Positions 27,332 to 37,057 of a stretch of 64,000 nt of DNA are shown piece by piece; within the stretch, counting starts at the first letter, position 1; every line of letters starts with the position of its first letter. Source of the stretch: a virus. The stretch is from the IMG/VR virus record IMGVR_UViG_3300037851_000865, positions 111,762-175,761 of that record. One strand, given 5' to 3'. The notes beneath the pieces are model-generated. The model was not told the DNA's origin. It was given only the letters and a program-made list of their open reading frames with translations, and did not search any database. The translations under genes and the position numbers were made by a program.

Positions 27332-27634
27332 TCAGCTGACCAGCGCCAGTGCCTGGTTGAGCTGCTTTTGGTTGTACTCCCGAACTCTGCTGGGCATTGC
27401 GAATGCCTCAAAGAACCCGCAGATTGCTGGAAGGAATGTCCAGCACAGCAGGATGTACACTACGCCCAGTCCGGTCCTACCCATGTAGAACTGGTGGCCT
27501 CCAAAGCCGCCAAGAAACAGAGCAAGGAGGACAGCTGTGGTGCTATCCTTTAGCTCAAGCGAGTTTGCGTACATGAAGAACTTCTGGCGTTTCTCCTCAG
27601 GTAGACTCATTGCCATCATGTGAATGTCGTTCAT
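27332..27634 (-). CDS. TM2-domain membrane protein
   Basis: KDSTTAVLLALFLGGFGGHQFYMG..GLGVVYILLCWT. Confidence 0.9.
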   Translation of the reverse strand: MNDIHMMAMSLPEEKRQKFFMYANSLELKDSTTAVLLALFLGGFGGHQFYMGRTGLGVVYILLCWTFLPAICGFFEAFAMPSRVREYNQKQLNQALALVS

Positions 27635-27650
27635 TGTCTTTCTCTCCTTG

Positions 27651-28142
27651 TTATAGGCGTTTAGCCAGCTGTCGTATGTATTGCATCTTGCGTGCGACTT
27701 GCCCCGTGTACCGAACAGTTCCTCTGTCCTTCAGGTACGCTGCAACCGTCTCTGCAAAGTCTTCACCCGCAGAAGTCATGGCGTAGTGCGAAACGCAGTC
27801 CTCGTCGCGCACCTCTCTGTCGTTGTAGTCATGATGGCATCCAAACGCTCTTTCGAAGTCGGGGTCACCAACCACCAAGTTAGTGCGATACGCCAGGCAG
27901 TGTGCAAACTCATGGCGTAGGAAGTACCGAATCCCTGAGACATACTTCGAGATGAGAATGGTGTTCCTGCCCCCGTAGAGGAAGGACCACCAAACATCTT
28001 GGTCGATGTATGCGCCTCCGTACCACAAGAGCTCAATCACTCCTGCGGTACGGACACGAACATCGGACATCTCGTCGATGTATAGACCCGCGTTCTTGTA
28101 CTCACGAAGCACGTCAGAAACTGCTCTCTGTAAGTCAGTCAT
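27651..28142 (-). CDS. Putative zinc metallopeptidase
   Basis: HEFAH plus VSHYAMTSAGEDFAETV. Confidence 0.8.
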   Translation of the reverse strand: MTDLQRAVSDVLREYKNAGLYIDEMSDVRVRTAGVIELLWYGGAYIDQDVWWSFLYGGRNTILISKYVSGIRYFLRHEFAHCLAYRTNLVVGDPDFERAFGCHHDYNDREVRDEDCVSHYAMTSAGEDFAETVAAYLKDRGTVRYTGQVARKMQYIRQLAKRL

Positions 28143-28160
28143 CTAACTCCTTTCACACTT

Positions 28161-28188
28161 CTTATCCCTTATCTTCGTGGTTGTTTGC
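28161..28188 (-). promoter_or_regulatory. Putative phage sigma promoter GCAA-N16-GGGATAAG
   Basis: Motif match. Confidence 0.65.
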
Positions 28189-28374
28189 TCCACAAGGAGT
28201 CTGCGCCATGCTCAAAAGCGTCGCCAACTCGCATTTGGACTTGTCGATGGTGCAGGTCAGGCACCGCTTGCTGGGCGGCATCTTATTGTCCAAGGGGCAC
28301 ACGATAACCGTTGTAGCTACTGTGTGCCCCTCTTCATCATTCTCGTAGAAGGTGATGAACTTGCCAGGTTTCAT
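28162..28374 (-). CDS. Hypothetical protein
   Basis: ATGA overlap. Confidence 0.6.
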   Translation of the reverse strand: MKPGKFITFYENDEEGHTVATTVIVCPLDNKMPPSKRCLTCTIDKSKCELATLLSMAQTPCGANNHEDKG

Positions 28375-29426
28375 GCTTCCTCGAGTTTATGCGCACGCAC
28401 TGCAATGGGGGCTGTCTCAGGCCCCTTCCAAAAAGGTTCTATGAACTGCCTTCTGCGGAGACTGTTCTTCGGGCCATACGTCTGGTTGCGCCAATGCCCG
28501 ACAACCATGAACTGAACGTTGAGTCGCTTCCCCGTGCCGACCACATAGTCCTTCACGTCCTGGACGAAGGAGTGCTTGACGTCTGCGGTCAGGCGGTAGA
28601 TGCGATTCTCGGTCGGGAGGGTTCCCGGCACCCTCCGTTGGTCGTGCGCTTTTCCCACATGCCGGATTGGTCTGGTTTCCCGGTCCCCTCCCTCCATGTA
28701 GAGGCAGACACCGATTATGAGCCGTTTCACCAACACAAGCACCCGCTGGTCCTCTTCCCTGACATCTGTGTCAAGCACACCACGCTCATTGCCTTCGTTC
28801 TCCTGTATCTCATCGCTTCCCAGCAGTTGAGGCAAAGAAGGCTGAAGGTGCCAGATGGCCGTTGCATCACTGCTGTGCACCACAAACGCGAACCCAAGCA
28901 TGGGCTCTTGTCCTTCCGGGGTAGCGTAGTGCCTCCCAACGCTGATGGTCTTCACCTTGCCGATGAGTTCGTCGGGCACCTTTATGGTGAAGGCGGGGAA
29001 GGGCAAAGACGCATCGGCCAACACCTCGGCAGACACCTTTGAGAGCACCAGCGACGCAGTGAGCTTGTGGCCCACCTCGACGACAGGCAACCCCGCCTCG
29101 ATACAAGCTGCGTAGACACGAACCGCCATAGCGTTGCCCATTCCAGAGGACATCACAGTAGTGAGGAGCCTCGTCATGTCTGGCATGTCGTGCAGAATGT
29201 TCTTTGTCTCGTCCCCTGTTGCGTGTTTGAGTGCGAAGGCCTTCAGCTCCTCAGCGTGCTCAGTGCACGTCTGTGCGGCCAGTTTTCCCTCGTCTCTTTT
29301 GCCGTGAAGAAGGGTGGCGCCCTTCCAGAAGTCGCCCTCACCGGCTATCTGGAGAAGACGCCACCAAACAGCGGCGATGTCGTGCATGAACTTGGTGTTG
29401 TTCTCTAGTGCTTTCTTTGGGTCCAC
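28371..29426 (-). CDS. Hypothetical phage protein with C-terminal V.GHWR.Q..G...I.PFWKG motif
   Basis: 351 aa; motif common in phage proteins of unknown function. Confidence 0.8.
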   Translation of the reverse strand: MDPKKALENNTKFMHDIAAVWWRLLQIAGEGDFWKGATLLHGKRDEGKLAAQTCTEHAEELKAFALKHATGDETKNILHDMPDMTRLLTTVMSSGMGNAMAVRVYAACIEAGLPVVEVGHKLTASLVLSKVSAEVLADASLPFPAFTIKVPDELIGKVKTISVGRHYATPEGQEPMLGFAFVVHSSDATAIWHLQPSLPQLLGSDEIQENEGNERGVLDTDVREEDQRVLVLVKRLIIGVCLYMEGGDRETRPIRHVGKAHDQRRVPGTLPTENRIYRLTADVKHSFVQDVKDYVVGTGKRLNVQFMVVGHWRNQTYGPKNSLRRRQFIEPFWKGPETAPIAVRAHKLEEA

Positions 29427-29427
29427 A

Positions 29428-29721
29428 CTACTTTCCCTTCTTGGTGTGTTCGTCCATCAGGTTCACGATGCGAATAAGCTCCGCCGAAGAAGCCATCGCG
29501 CAGTTGAGGGCCACATGAAAACTGGCCCCGAGGGCAGCGGGGTTGTAGAGCTTGTTGGTCTCAAAAAACTCCTTCACAGAGTCTGCCGTGACAAACTCTG
29601 TCCTCACCACCGAGACGTGCTGCCCATCAATCAGCGCGGCCTCGGAGTAAGTAACCTCAAGCCCCGCAACAGTGTGCTTGCCTGCTGGGTAGGGCATTAT
29701 GCCCAGGAGCCTCCTAGTCAT
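29428..29721 (-). CDS. Hypothetical protein
   Basis: Operon context. Confidence 0.65.
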   Translation of the reverse strand: MTRRLLGIMPYPAGKHTVAGLEVTYSEAALIDGQHVSVVRTEFVTADSVKEFFETNKLYNPAALGASFHVALNCAMASSAELIRIVNLMDEHTKKGK

Positions 29722-29974
29722 CGTTCAGTTCCTTCAAGATGTCTGGTGACACCTCGCCGTTGGTGACGAGTATCTTGGCGGCACGCTGTACGATGTCCTG
29801 GTGGGCATCCAGCCCAACTTCCAGCTTGGTGGCTTTGGCGAGTGCTTCCAGGGTGAGCTCTGCTCCTTTGGACACCGCAGAAGCTCCTTGGTTGAAGCCT
29901 GTGGTGTATCCCTGGTCGTAGGACAACCAACTGATAATCAGCGTAGACACAACCCACAGAATGAGTAGCGTCAC
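29714..29974 (-). CDS. Hypothetical membrane-anchored protein
   Basis: N-terminal hydrophobic helix; AAGGAG RBS. Confidence 0.65.
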   Translation of the reverse strand: MTLLILWVVSTLIISWLSYDQGYTTGFNQGASAVSKGAELTLEALAKATKLEVGLDAHQDIVQRAAKILVTNGEVSPDILKELNDD

Positions 29975-30085
29975 GATGTCTCTCCTTGCGGTAGTCCTTT
30001 TGAGGACTCTACAAAGATGTGAAGAACAAATCCTCCTCCAGTTCCTGAATGAGGTGTCCTTTCATTCCTTTGTCTTCGTAGTCTC

Positions 30086-30253
30086 TCACTGCTCGTTCTC
30101 CTTCTTCCAAGCACGTACCAGCTCGTCTTTGTCGAGCTCCTCGACGTTTCCAACAACTAGGTCTTCACAGCCGCAGTTTCCGCAGCTCTCGGGTTCACCG
30201 CCTCGTGCGAACAGACGCATCTGTCCACACCCGTTGCAGAAATACTCTTTCAT
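30086..30253 (-). CDS. Small Zn-ribbon protein
   Basis: MKEYFCNGCG...CGNCG; ATGA overlap. Confidence 0.6.
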   Translation of the reverse strand: MKEYFCNGCGQMRLFARGGEPESCGNCGCEDLVVGNVEELDKDELVRAWKKENEQ

Positions 30254-30438
30254 TCGTCACCCATCACTTTCTTGAGCTCTTCGACTGAGAGGGTTGAGCC
30301 CACGAGTACCTTGTGAAGCGCCTCTCTTGCGCTCTTCAGCTCCTTCTTGAGGCGACACACTGTGCAGTTATGCGGTGCGTAGTGGGAATGGTTGCCTTGG
30401 TGCTCAAGGCAGTAGTGCTCTCCAGGTAATGCTCCCAT
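30250..30438 (-). CDS. Hypothetical protein
   Basis: AAGGAG RBS. Confidence 0.6.
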   Translation of the reverse strand: MGALPGEHYCLEHQGNHSHYAPHNCTVCRLKKELKSAREALHKVLVGSTLSVEELKKVMGDE

Positions 30439-30477
30439 GGAGCTTGTCTCCTTCTAGGCGCGAGGCGCCTCCTTGTG

Positions 30478-30505
30478 GTTATCTCTTTCGCTGTCGCTGA
30501 TTTGC
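30478..30505 (-). promoter_or_regulatory. Putative phage sigma promoter GCAA-N16-GAGATAAC
   Basis: Motif match immediately downstream of a terminator. Confidence 0.55.
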
Positions 30506-30523
30506 TCTCTAAAAAGAAACCCC

Positions 30524-30865
30524 CTAGTTGGGGGTCTCTCTTCTTGCTGCGGCTGCGCCGGCACAGCATGCCCTCCACTCATGGAGTAGGGGCATGATGC
30601 CAGCGATGGACAGACGGGCTCCATCTGCAAGTTCCTCGAGCTCTTCGAGAAACTCAGCTTTCCCGCTCATACTTACGATGCTGAGCGTCGTATCGATGAG
30701 GCTGAGGCACCCGTCAGTGCAGTGCACGAGTTCTGCGATTTCGCGCAGTACCTGCTCAGTTACCTTCTGCGGTGACCACAGCTCACGAATCTCATGAGCG
30801 TGGCGCTGCACGTGCAATACAGTACGTTCAACAGCTGCCTTTAGAATTTGTTGGTGTGGTTCCAT
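30524..30865 (-). CDS. Hypothetical protein
   Basis: AAAGGA RBS; own promoter and terminator. Confidence 0.7.
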   Translation of the reverse strand: MEPHQQILKAAVERTVLHVQRHAHEIRELWSPQKVTEQVLREIAELVHCTDGCLSLIDTTLSIVSMSGKAEFLEELEELADGARLSIAGIMPLLHEWRACCAGAAAARRETPN

Positions 30866-30888
30866 AGTGATTCCTTTCCTTCACACTT

Positions 30889-30916
30889 CTTATGCCCGAA
30901 AGTTGTTCCTGTTTTC
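30889..30916 (-). promoter_or_regulatory. Putative phage sigma promoter GAAA-N16-GGCATAAG
   Basis: Motif match. Confidence 0.6.
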
Positions 30917-31017
30917 GGATACAAGAACAACGGACAGATACGTAGCTTGGTTTTTACTTCGCATGCGACTATGATGTCTGGCGGGTAACACCCACTTCTG
31001 TTTTCAAAGGAATATAG

Positions 31018-31752
31018 ATGCTGAAAGAACTTGTTCTAGCGATTCTCATGTCAAACCGACCGTTCTATGGCGACACTGAGTCGTGGGACGAACGACAGGC
31101 ACGCATGGAGATTGCTGCTGATGCGGTAGTAGAGGCGACGGATTACGTGACTTGTCACGAGCAGCCGGCGCCCTGCAAACATCGCTGGGGGAAGACACGA
31201 AAGGAGATAGCTATGTTACTGCTTACGCAGCTGCTCTTCGAGAGTGCCGGGTCGAAGCGTGTCTACGACAACAAGTGTCTTCTTGAGAAAGGAGAGTGCG
31301 ACGCATATCGCACAATTTTGTTAGGCGAAGATGCACTCGAGAAAGCAGAGCTGCAGTACAAGAACTGGGTGCTCATCAGGCTCCTTCCGGACAACAAGGA
31401 CAGCACGAAGATTCGTGGCGCCTATGTGGCGGTTCAGCGCGCCTACTCGTTCTGGCAGCTCCACAAAGCAAACGACATCTCTGAGGAAGATTGGAGCGTG
31501 ATTGCCGAGGGAGGCCCTGAAGCAACAAGAGTAGCCGCCAGGGTAGCCGCACTTCGTCTCAGCTCTGCGTACGCAGGGTGCGGGACTATCGAGGGTGCGA
31601 TTGGGCGGTATGCTCGTGGCAGTCTTTGCTACGCAGGGGAGCCGCAGCAACGCCGCGCTCAGCTGATGTACAAGATGATGGGCGAGCCGCTCTCAGAAGT
31701 TCAGCGGCGTGTCGAACGTCGCAAGAAAGAAAGCGAGGCCAAGCATGACTGA
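31018..31752 (+). CDS. Putative lysozyme-fold / lytic transglycosylase-like protein
   Basis: LLFES catalytic-like motif, GECD, SFWQLH, and AIGRYA at the C-terminus. Confidence 0.5.
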   Translation: MLKELVLAILMSNRPFYGDTESWDERQARMEIAADAVVEATDYVTCHEQPAPCKHRWGKTRKEIAMLLLTQLLFESAGSKRVYDNKCLLEKGECDAYRTILLGEDALEKAELQYKNWVLIRLLPDNKDSTKIRGAYVAVQRAYSFWQLHKANDISEEDWSVIAEGGPEATRVAARVAALRLSSAYAGCGTIEGAIGRYARGSLCYAGEPQQRRAQLMYKMMGEPLSEVQRRVERRKKESEAKHD

Positions 31753-31954
31753 TGAGTTGCTGCTTGGGACGAGTGACGAAGCGGTTTTTAGAGGTGTTGA
31801 ACCAGGCGTCGTTACTGTCATGGCCGGCAACCACACGGTCACACTATGCCCTGATGGCAGCTTTTTGGTAGACGGTGAGCTGGTGAACGCTGACGATAAA
31901 GAGCGTGGTGTGAAGCTGTACGCAGCCTTTCTCAAGTTACTGAACGTCTTCTGA
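31745..31954 (+). CDS. Hypothetical protein
   Basis: Overlap coupling. Confidence 0.65.
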   Translation: MTDELLLGTSDEAVFRGVEPGVVTVMAGNHTVTLCPDGSFLVDGELVNADDKERGVKLYAAFLKLLNVF

Positions 31955-31978
31955 CCAGGCGCTAAGTGAAGTACACTG

Positions 31979-32013
31979 ACCCTGCCTCTTCGGAGGTGGG
32001 GTTTTCTCTTTTC
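31979..32013 (+). terminator. Intrinsic terminator
   Basis: ACCCTGCCTC-TTCG-GAGGTGGGGT followed by a T-tract. Confidence 0.75.
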
Positions 32014-32166
32014 AGGCGGTAGCTATGCCATACAACATCGTTCGAAAAAAAGACAAAGCAGTACTGTGCGTGTGCCCATCCAAAAAGTCGGCAAACAAGA
32101 TGGTTCAAGCCATGGCGCTGGAGGACGTAGACATCGTTTCTGTGAAGGAGCGGAGAAAGAGGAAGG

Positions 32167-32394
32167 ATGAGTACGATGCGTGAGGAAGACGATGAGCCTG
32201 ATGATTGCGAGAGCTGCATGGGTACAGGCATTGGCGACCCCCACGCAGACACACGCTGCTCCGTGTGCGGTGGCAAAGGATATGTTCTCGAAGAACGAGA
32301 CGAGGAACCTGATGAACCAGACCTCGATTACGACAACCCAGACGACGATTTCGCCTACGACCCGTTTGAATACGGGGACAGAAAGTACGACTAG
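32167..32394 (+). CDS. Acidic small protein with DnaJ-type CxxCxGxG zinc finger
   Basis: CESCMGTG...CSVCGGKG. Confidence 0.7.
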   Translation: MSTMREEDDEPDDCESCMGTGIGDPHADTRCSVCGGKGYVLEERDEEPDEPDLDYDNPDDDFAYDPFEYGDRKYD

Positions 32395-33147
32395 ATGAAC
32401 ATACGAGAAGCAACACGCATCGCCTCGGAGCTGTGCGACAAAGACCACGAAGAACTAAAGATGTACCTGAACAACAGGGACTACGCCCATAACGACGTGC
32501 AGTCGCTCATCTTCTACTGCCGCCACCTACGCGCCCAGGTCACTGTCTTGAAGCATCAAGTCGAGCGTTTCCAGAAAGACGCGCTCATCGACTCAGACCT
32601 GATTCCCTTGAGGGAGGACACGGAGCTCATGGCCTTCGTGCTGTCTGTCTACAACGAGGTGGAGAGGGCGAGGCAGAAGCACCCTGACTGCCACCTGACC
32701 GCCATCGCCGAGGAGGTGGGTGAGGTCGCCAGGGCCCTTCAGGACGAACCCCTCGAGAACATCCGCAAGGAGTGCATCCAGCTCGCCTGTACGGCCGCCA
32801 GGGTGGCCATTGAGGGCGACCCGACCATGGACCCCTACCGGGTCTCCAAGGGGCTGGAACCCACCCATCAGCCTTCCTTCGACTTCAACCAACCGCTCGT
32901 CATCACAGGCCCTGAGGACGATGTCATCAAGGCCGTAGCGGCTGACAAGCTTGCTGCAACATTCAAGGAGGCTGTGACGTTGATACACCAGTACGGCGGT
33001 GTAGACGGAGCGCATCACAAGCAGTGGCTACTGGACCAGGTGGTTAGAACTCTGATGGGCGACCGCTATCAGGCTTGGGTTGAAGCCTTCTGCAAGGGAG
33101 AAGACGGCCCAGACACCTACGCGTGGGACGAAGGAAGGGCTCCATGA
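32395..33147 (+). CDS. MazG-like nucleotide pyrophosphohydrolase domain fusion
   Basis: AEEVGEVARAL..IRKECIQLA motif; additional C-terminal YGGVDGAHHKQW domain. Confidence 0.7.
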   Translation: MNIREATRIASELCDKDHEELKMYLNNRDYAHNDVQSLIFYCRHLRAQVTVLKHQVERFQKDALIDSDLIPLREDTELMAFVLSVYNEVERARQKHPDCHLTAIAEEVGEVARALQDEPLENIRKECIQLACTAARVAIEGDPTMDPYRVSKGLEPTHQPSFDFNQPLVITGPEDDVIKAVAADKLAATFKEAVTLIHQYGGVDGAHHKQWLLDQVVRTLMGDRYQAWVEAFCKGEDGPDTYAWDEGRAP

Positions 33148-33317
33148 GCAAGTTCCCGCTCAAGATGCTGCCTGGGCAGACGCCCTACACCCATGAAGAA
33201 GAAGCGCGCCTGTACAAGCTCGTACTGGCGGCAGCTCTTGAAGACCCCGGCGAAGCAGCTGAGGTCTACGGAGAGGTGCCGGCCGACTACGAAGCCCGCT
33301 GTAAGGAGAAGAAGTGA
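33144..33317 (+). CDS. Hypothetical protein
   Basis: Coupled ORF chain. Confidence 0.6.
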   Translation: MSKFPLKMLPGQTPYTHEEEARLYKLVLAAALEDPGEAAEVYGEVPADYEARCKEKK

Positions 33318-33520
33318 AATCCCTCGGAAAACTGCTTTTAGTGCTGGTGATGTTTCTAGCGGCGATAGCGGCCATCCTACTTGTGGAGGAACGGGAGAAG
33401 GCAAGGCAGCAAGCTGCTCTTTGTGCTGAGCTGAAGAAGAGCACAAGCGACCTGTACATCCTTCACAACGACAGGTGCTACATGCTCTTCCACGAAAAGC
33501 TGATAAGGGTGCAGAGATGA
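33314..33520 (+). CDS. Hypothetical membrane-anchored protein
   Basis: N-terminal TM segment; coupled. Confidence 0.65.
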   Translation: MKSLGKLLLVLVMFLAAIAAILLVEEREKARQQAALCAELKKSTSDLYILHNDRCYMLFHEKLIRVQR

Positions 33521-33825
33521 TACTTCTAAACGACCGGGAGATGCTTGTGTGCGGCTTGCGCTTCAAGTTGCGCAACAAAGATGACAGTTGGCAGGAGTGG
33601 CGTGGCGGCCGCGGCGACCACACTCACCTCTACTTCAGGCCAAAGGCCAAGAAGAGGCGGTGGCTTACCAAGGACCCCACAGCAACTGTGCACTCGGATG
33701 CTCTTCTATCAGGGGAGACGCCTGAGGAGGTGCTGGCGAAAGCTAGAGCGAAGGTGCTGCAGATTGCAGCAAGGCATATCAAAAATGCGGCTCGGTGGTA
33801 CGGGGTCGAGGAGAAGACACGATGA
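33517..33825 (+). CDS. Hypothetical protein
   Basis: Coupled ORF chain. Confidence 0.65.
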   Translation: MILLNDREMLVCGLRFKLRNKDDSWQEWRGGRGDHTHLYFRPKAKKRRWLTKDPTATVHSDALLSGETPEEVLAKARAKVLQIAARHIKNAARWYGVEEKTR

Positions 33826-34022
33826 GCAAGCAAGAGGAACCTACCAAAAAGTTCAAGTACTACATCACCGACCTGTTCGACGGCTCCATCGTCGGCACCA
33901 ACGACGAGACAAAGGCTCGTGACTACACCGTCAGTGACGACCATTTTGTCGTCGACGCAGAGCGTGGTGTCTGGCTTCTCTCGGACGAAGAGGTGCCGGT
34001 AAAGGACCTGGACGGAGAATGA
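33822..34022 (+). CDS. Hypothetical protein
   Basis: GAGGAG RBS; coupled. Confidence 0.7.
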   Translation: MSKQEEPTKKFKYYITDLFDGSIVGTNDETKARDYTVSDDHFVVDAERGVWLLSDEEVPVKDLDGE

Positions 34023-34237
34023 CCGAGAGTGAGAAGCGTGTGTGGGAGGCGGCCTTCGTGGCCGCCTTTTTTCAAGAGCGCGACTTTCTCAAGCGGCACA
34101 ACATCGACAGAGAGCCCAACGGTTTTTCTTGCGCCGAGATAGCCGACTCATGCCTGCTCGCGCTGCGTGAAGGTCTGACCTGCGACGACGCAAAGTACCT
34201 CGAGGCGCATCCGTTCATTGAAGTGTCAGAAGGGTAG
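34019..34237 (+). CDS. Hypothetical protein
   Basis: GGAG RBS; coupled. Confidence 0.7.
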   Translation: MTESEKRVWEAAFVAAFFQERDFLKRHNIDREPNGFSCAEIADSCLLALREGLTCDDAKYLEAHPFIEVSEG

Positions 34238-34299
34238 GAAATCAGGCATAAGCGCTGTGACGGGACTGCACATCCCTAGAACAGACGAATAGGAGATGA

Positions 34300-34668
34300 G
34301 TGAAAATGAGTTTTTGGAACACATATCTAATCGGCGTCTCGTGCGGCATGTGGTTCGTGTCGTCCCTCAGGTTGTTCTTTGACATGCGAGATTGGAGCAA
34401 GCGGCAGAAGGCCGCAGGGAAGAACTGCTCCTACGCAGAACCTAAAGCGAGGTGTAGTGGGGCGGCGACGGCAGAGCCGGAGCCTGGCATTAAAGTCGCG
34501 CATGACTATGTGTGGCACTTCGTCGAGACACCTGACGGTTGGTTTGTTGACACATTGGACGGGCGGGTGGCCATTGCAGTAAACGAGGCAGATGCACACC
34601 GGAACCCAATCGTACTTGTCCTCCGCTCTTACTTCGACTCGGTTGGCGTGGATTGGAGGACGAGGTGA
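34300..34668 (+). CDS. Hypothetical membrane-anchored protein
   Basis: AGGAG RBS; GGCATAAG motif upstream. Confidence 0.65.
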   Translation: MKMSFWNTYLIGVSCGMWFVSSLRLFFDMRDWSKRQKAAGKNCSYAEPKARCSGAATAEPEPGIKVAHDYVWHFVETPDGWFVDTLDGRVAIAVNEADAHRNPIVLVLRSYFDSVGVDWRTR

Positions 34669-35105
34669 CCGACCGCAGAATCCACATGAGCATGCTGAGC
34701 CCCTGTTTCGACGTTGGCTCTACCAGCTCTCCAATGCTTGCCGTAGGTCCGGCATCCCTCAACAACATGATTGGGATAGCCAATAACTGGATACAGCAAT
34801 CGGAAGAACGCGAGACCAAGAAGGACGCGAGAATCGCTGAGCTAGAGGCGTCGCTTGAGTACGACACAGAGCTTCTCACGAAGACCGCTGTCGAGCGCAT
34901 ATCAGTCCTAGAGGCAGAGAAAGTGGCACTGCAAAAACGCGCCGACGACTTCGAGACGCTCTACAAGGGCTACGCCTCACAGGTGAACGAGACACGTCGA
35001 GTGCTGCGGGAAGCGGGCATTCGAAACGGCGACCACCCCGATGACCCCCGACCTCTGTGGGAGATGGCCAAAGAGCTGGCAGAAAAGAAGAAGGAGATAA
35101 CATGA
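34665..35105 (+). CDS. Hypothetical coiled-coil protein
   Basis: Coupled. Confidence 0.7.
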   Translation: MTDRRIHMSMLSPCFDVGSTSSPMLAVGPASLNNMIGIANNWIQQSEERETKKDARIAELEASLEYDTELLTKTAVERISVLEAEKVALQKRADDFETLYKGYASQVNETRRVLREAGIRNGDHPDDPRPLWEMAKELAEKKKEIT

Positions 35106-35539
35106 AGGGTTTTGACCGCAAGTTCTTCACAGAGCGTGAGAAGACGCGCATCCACGACGACACCGTAGACACCAGCATGTCAATGGCTGAGCTCAACAAG
35201 GAGCTGACCAGCTACGGCGTTGATGTGCCCATCACGGAGGATATGCCTGACAGACACCTGTGTCTGCTGGCTGTGTATGAGTACACGAGGCTCGGTATCC
35301 CAGCCCCTTTGCTGGATGAGCTGCTGCGGCGCATTCAACACCCACCCATTCAGGCAGGCGCTGAGCCGACCACAATAGAAGAGCACAATAAGTTGCTCGA
35401 AGATGCCGTTCCGTACACAGAGGGGGCGGCGACTTACAAGAAGTTGCCAGGGAACTTTCTCTACATCTTGAACCAACGTACCGGTAAGTACGAGTTCTGC
35501 GGGGGCTACACGGTCGAGCCTAAGGGACGGAAGTCGTGA
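35102..35539 (+). CDS. Hypothetical protein
   Basis: AAGGAG RBS; coupled. Confidence 0.7.
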   Translation: MKGFDRKFFTEREKTRIHDDTVDTSMSMAELNKELTSYGVDVPITEDMPDRHLCLLAVYEYTRLGIPAPLLDELLRRIQHPPIQAGAEPTTIEEHNKLLEDAVPYTEGAATYKKLPGNFLYILNQRTGKYEFCGGYTVEPKGRKS

Positions 35540-35730
35540 AAGTCACCATTGAGTTCGAGACAGACAACGATGCCTTCCAAGGAAGGATGCTCCAAGGCGA
35601 GGTCATCAAAGTCCTCTACCAAGCACAGGAGAAGATTGGGAAGATGGCTGTGTTCAAGACAGAGGAGATGGAGATGAAGCTCAGGGACTCCAACGGCAAC
35701 ACGGTCGGATATGTGAGGGTGACAAAATGA
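35536..35730 (+). CDS. Hypothetical protein
   Basis: DNDAF...LRDSNGNTVG motif common in phage small proteins. Confidence 0.75.
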   Translation: MKVTIEFETDNDAFQGRMLQGEVIKVLYQAQEKIGKMAVFKTEEMEMKLRDSNGNTVGYVRVTK

Positions 35731-35969
35731 GCACAGTCATCGCGAAGTTTGAGGGCTTGGCCGCATCAGGGTTTCACACACTGGACTGTGAACTCGTGGA
35801 GGAGGGCGACAACATCCATCTGGAGTACGTCATCGTCGCCCCCTTCACCTCGCGAGGTGAACGTCGTCGTCAGACATGGTGCTGGAGTACGGACTACCCG
35901 AAGGACCGATTGCTGCGTGAGGCCCGCGCAGAAGCGGACAAGCTCTCCAGCGCGATGTGGGGAGAATGA
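35727..35969 (+). CDS. Hypothetical protein
   Basis: Coupled. Confidence 0.65.
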   Translation: MSTVIAKFEGLAASGFHTLDCELVEEGDNIHLEYVIVAPFTSRGERRRQTWCWSTDYPKDRLLREARAEADKLSSAMWGE

Positions 35970-36166
35970 CAATGGCGGCACCTCGCATTCTCAAAATCAC
36001 TCGGTGCGGACAGTGCCCGCACGGTGAGACGTTCATGGATGGCCGTTCCATCGGCCTCAGGTGTGCGCTGGTTGAGCGCCCATTCGAGCGCGACCGAGGT
36101 AGTGCGACCTATCCGAACCCGATGCCAGAGTGGTGTCCGCTACCGAAGGAGCAAGAGTCGAAATGA
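35966..36166 (+). CDS. Small Cys-rich protein
   Basis: CGQCP..C...PEWCPL motif. Confidence 0.7.
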   Translation: MTMAAPRILKITRCGQCPHGETFMDGRSIGLRCALVERPFERDRGSATYPNPMPEWCPLPKEQESK

Positions 36167-36194
36167 ACCATTACGAGATGTGGAGGCAAACATT

Positions 36195-36371
36195 ATGAAC
36201 AGGATGACCCCGGCACAGAGGGCGCGCAACGAGTACATCAAGGGCACCTTCGTTGCCAAGATGAGTTGGTGGATGGCCCACTGCGAGAAGTGCCAGAAAG
36301 AGACTCCTCACATGGACGCCATCGGAGGCAGGTGCGAGTTCTGCCGGAAGAAGGAGATGGAGAATGGGTGA
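36195..36371 (+). CDS. Small Zn-ribbon protein
   Basis: GGAGG RBS; HCEKC..H...CEFC. Confidence 0.6.
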   Translation: MNRMTPAQRARNEYIKGTFVAKMSWWMAHCEKCQKETPHMDAIGGRCEFCRKKEMENG

Positions 36372-36624
36372 GTACAGCATTGTGCACGAAGGCGGACGTG
36401 GTGTTGAGCGGCACTCTCGTCTGGGAGGCGCCCTGCAAGCGTACTGGGTCCTCGTTGCGCACGAGCTCAAGAACGGGCGAGAACCCAAGTACGAGTTACG
36501 TGGACCAGACGACGAGGTAATGACAGCTCCTCTTCTCCTCGAAGCAGAGCTCTACAGCTGGCAGATTCCTGTCCTGAAAGAACGCGGCCTGATTGCCGAG
36601 AAGGAGACGACAGATGGATATTAA
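36364..36624 (+). CDS. Hypothetical protein
   Basis: RBS; coupled. Confidence 0.65.
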   Translation: MGEYSIVHEGGRGVERHSRLGGALQAYWVLVAHELKNGREPKYELRGPDDEVMTAPLLLEAELYSWQIPVLKERGLIAEKETTDGY

Positions 36625-37057
36625 GTGCGCATCCTGCGGAGAGCCGTGGGACACCTACCACCTCAGGCACGATGAGGTGCATGAGACAGACGCCGGACAG
36701 ACCTGGATTGACTTCAGGCTCGACGAAGAGGAGTGGGACAAGAAGATGTGCCAGTTTGGCGGTCTCAGCAGGGAGTCCGCCATTGCTGCTTGTGGGCCAG
36801 GCCCCCAGACCCCCAACATTGAGAGCTGGCAAGGACACCTGACACTGTTCTGGCGAGAGCAGTTCGCCAAGAGGGGCTGGCAGTTCGGTACAGGCATTAC
36901 GTCAGTGTTGCGCTGTCCTTGCTGCAAGCCCGACAATCAGCTCGAGAACGCCGAGGCCAGGCGGGACAACGTACAGGCCCTGTCGGAGCTCCTAGAGGGC
37001 GACGAGGATGGGCAAGCGGCCGACAACGAATTGGCACTGGAGTACGCTGGTGGCTAA
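36614..37057 (+). CDS. Hypothetical protein
   Basis: MDIKCASCGEPWD...CPCC motif; AAGGAG RBS. Confidence 0.75.
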   Translation: MDIKCASCGEPWDTYHLRHDEVHETDAGQTWIDFRLDEEEWDKKMCQFGGLSRESAIAACGPGPQTPNIESWQGHLTLFWREQFAKRGWQFGTGITSVLRCPCCKPDNQLENAEARRDNVQALSELLEGDEDGQAADNELALEYAGG

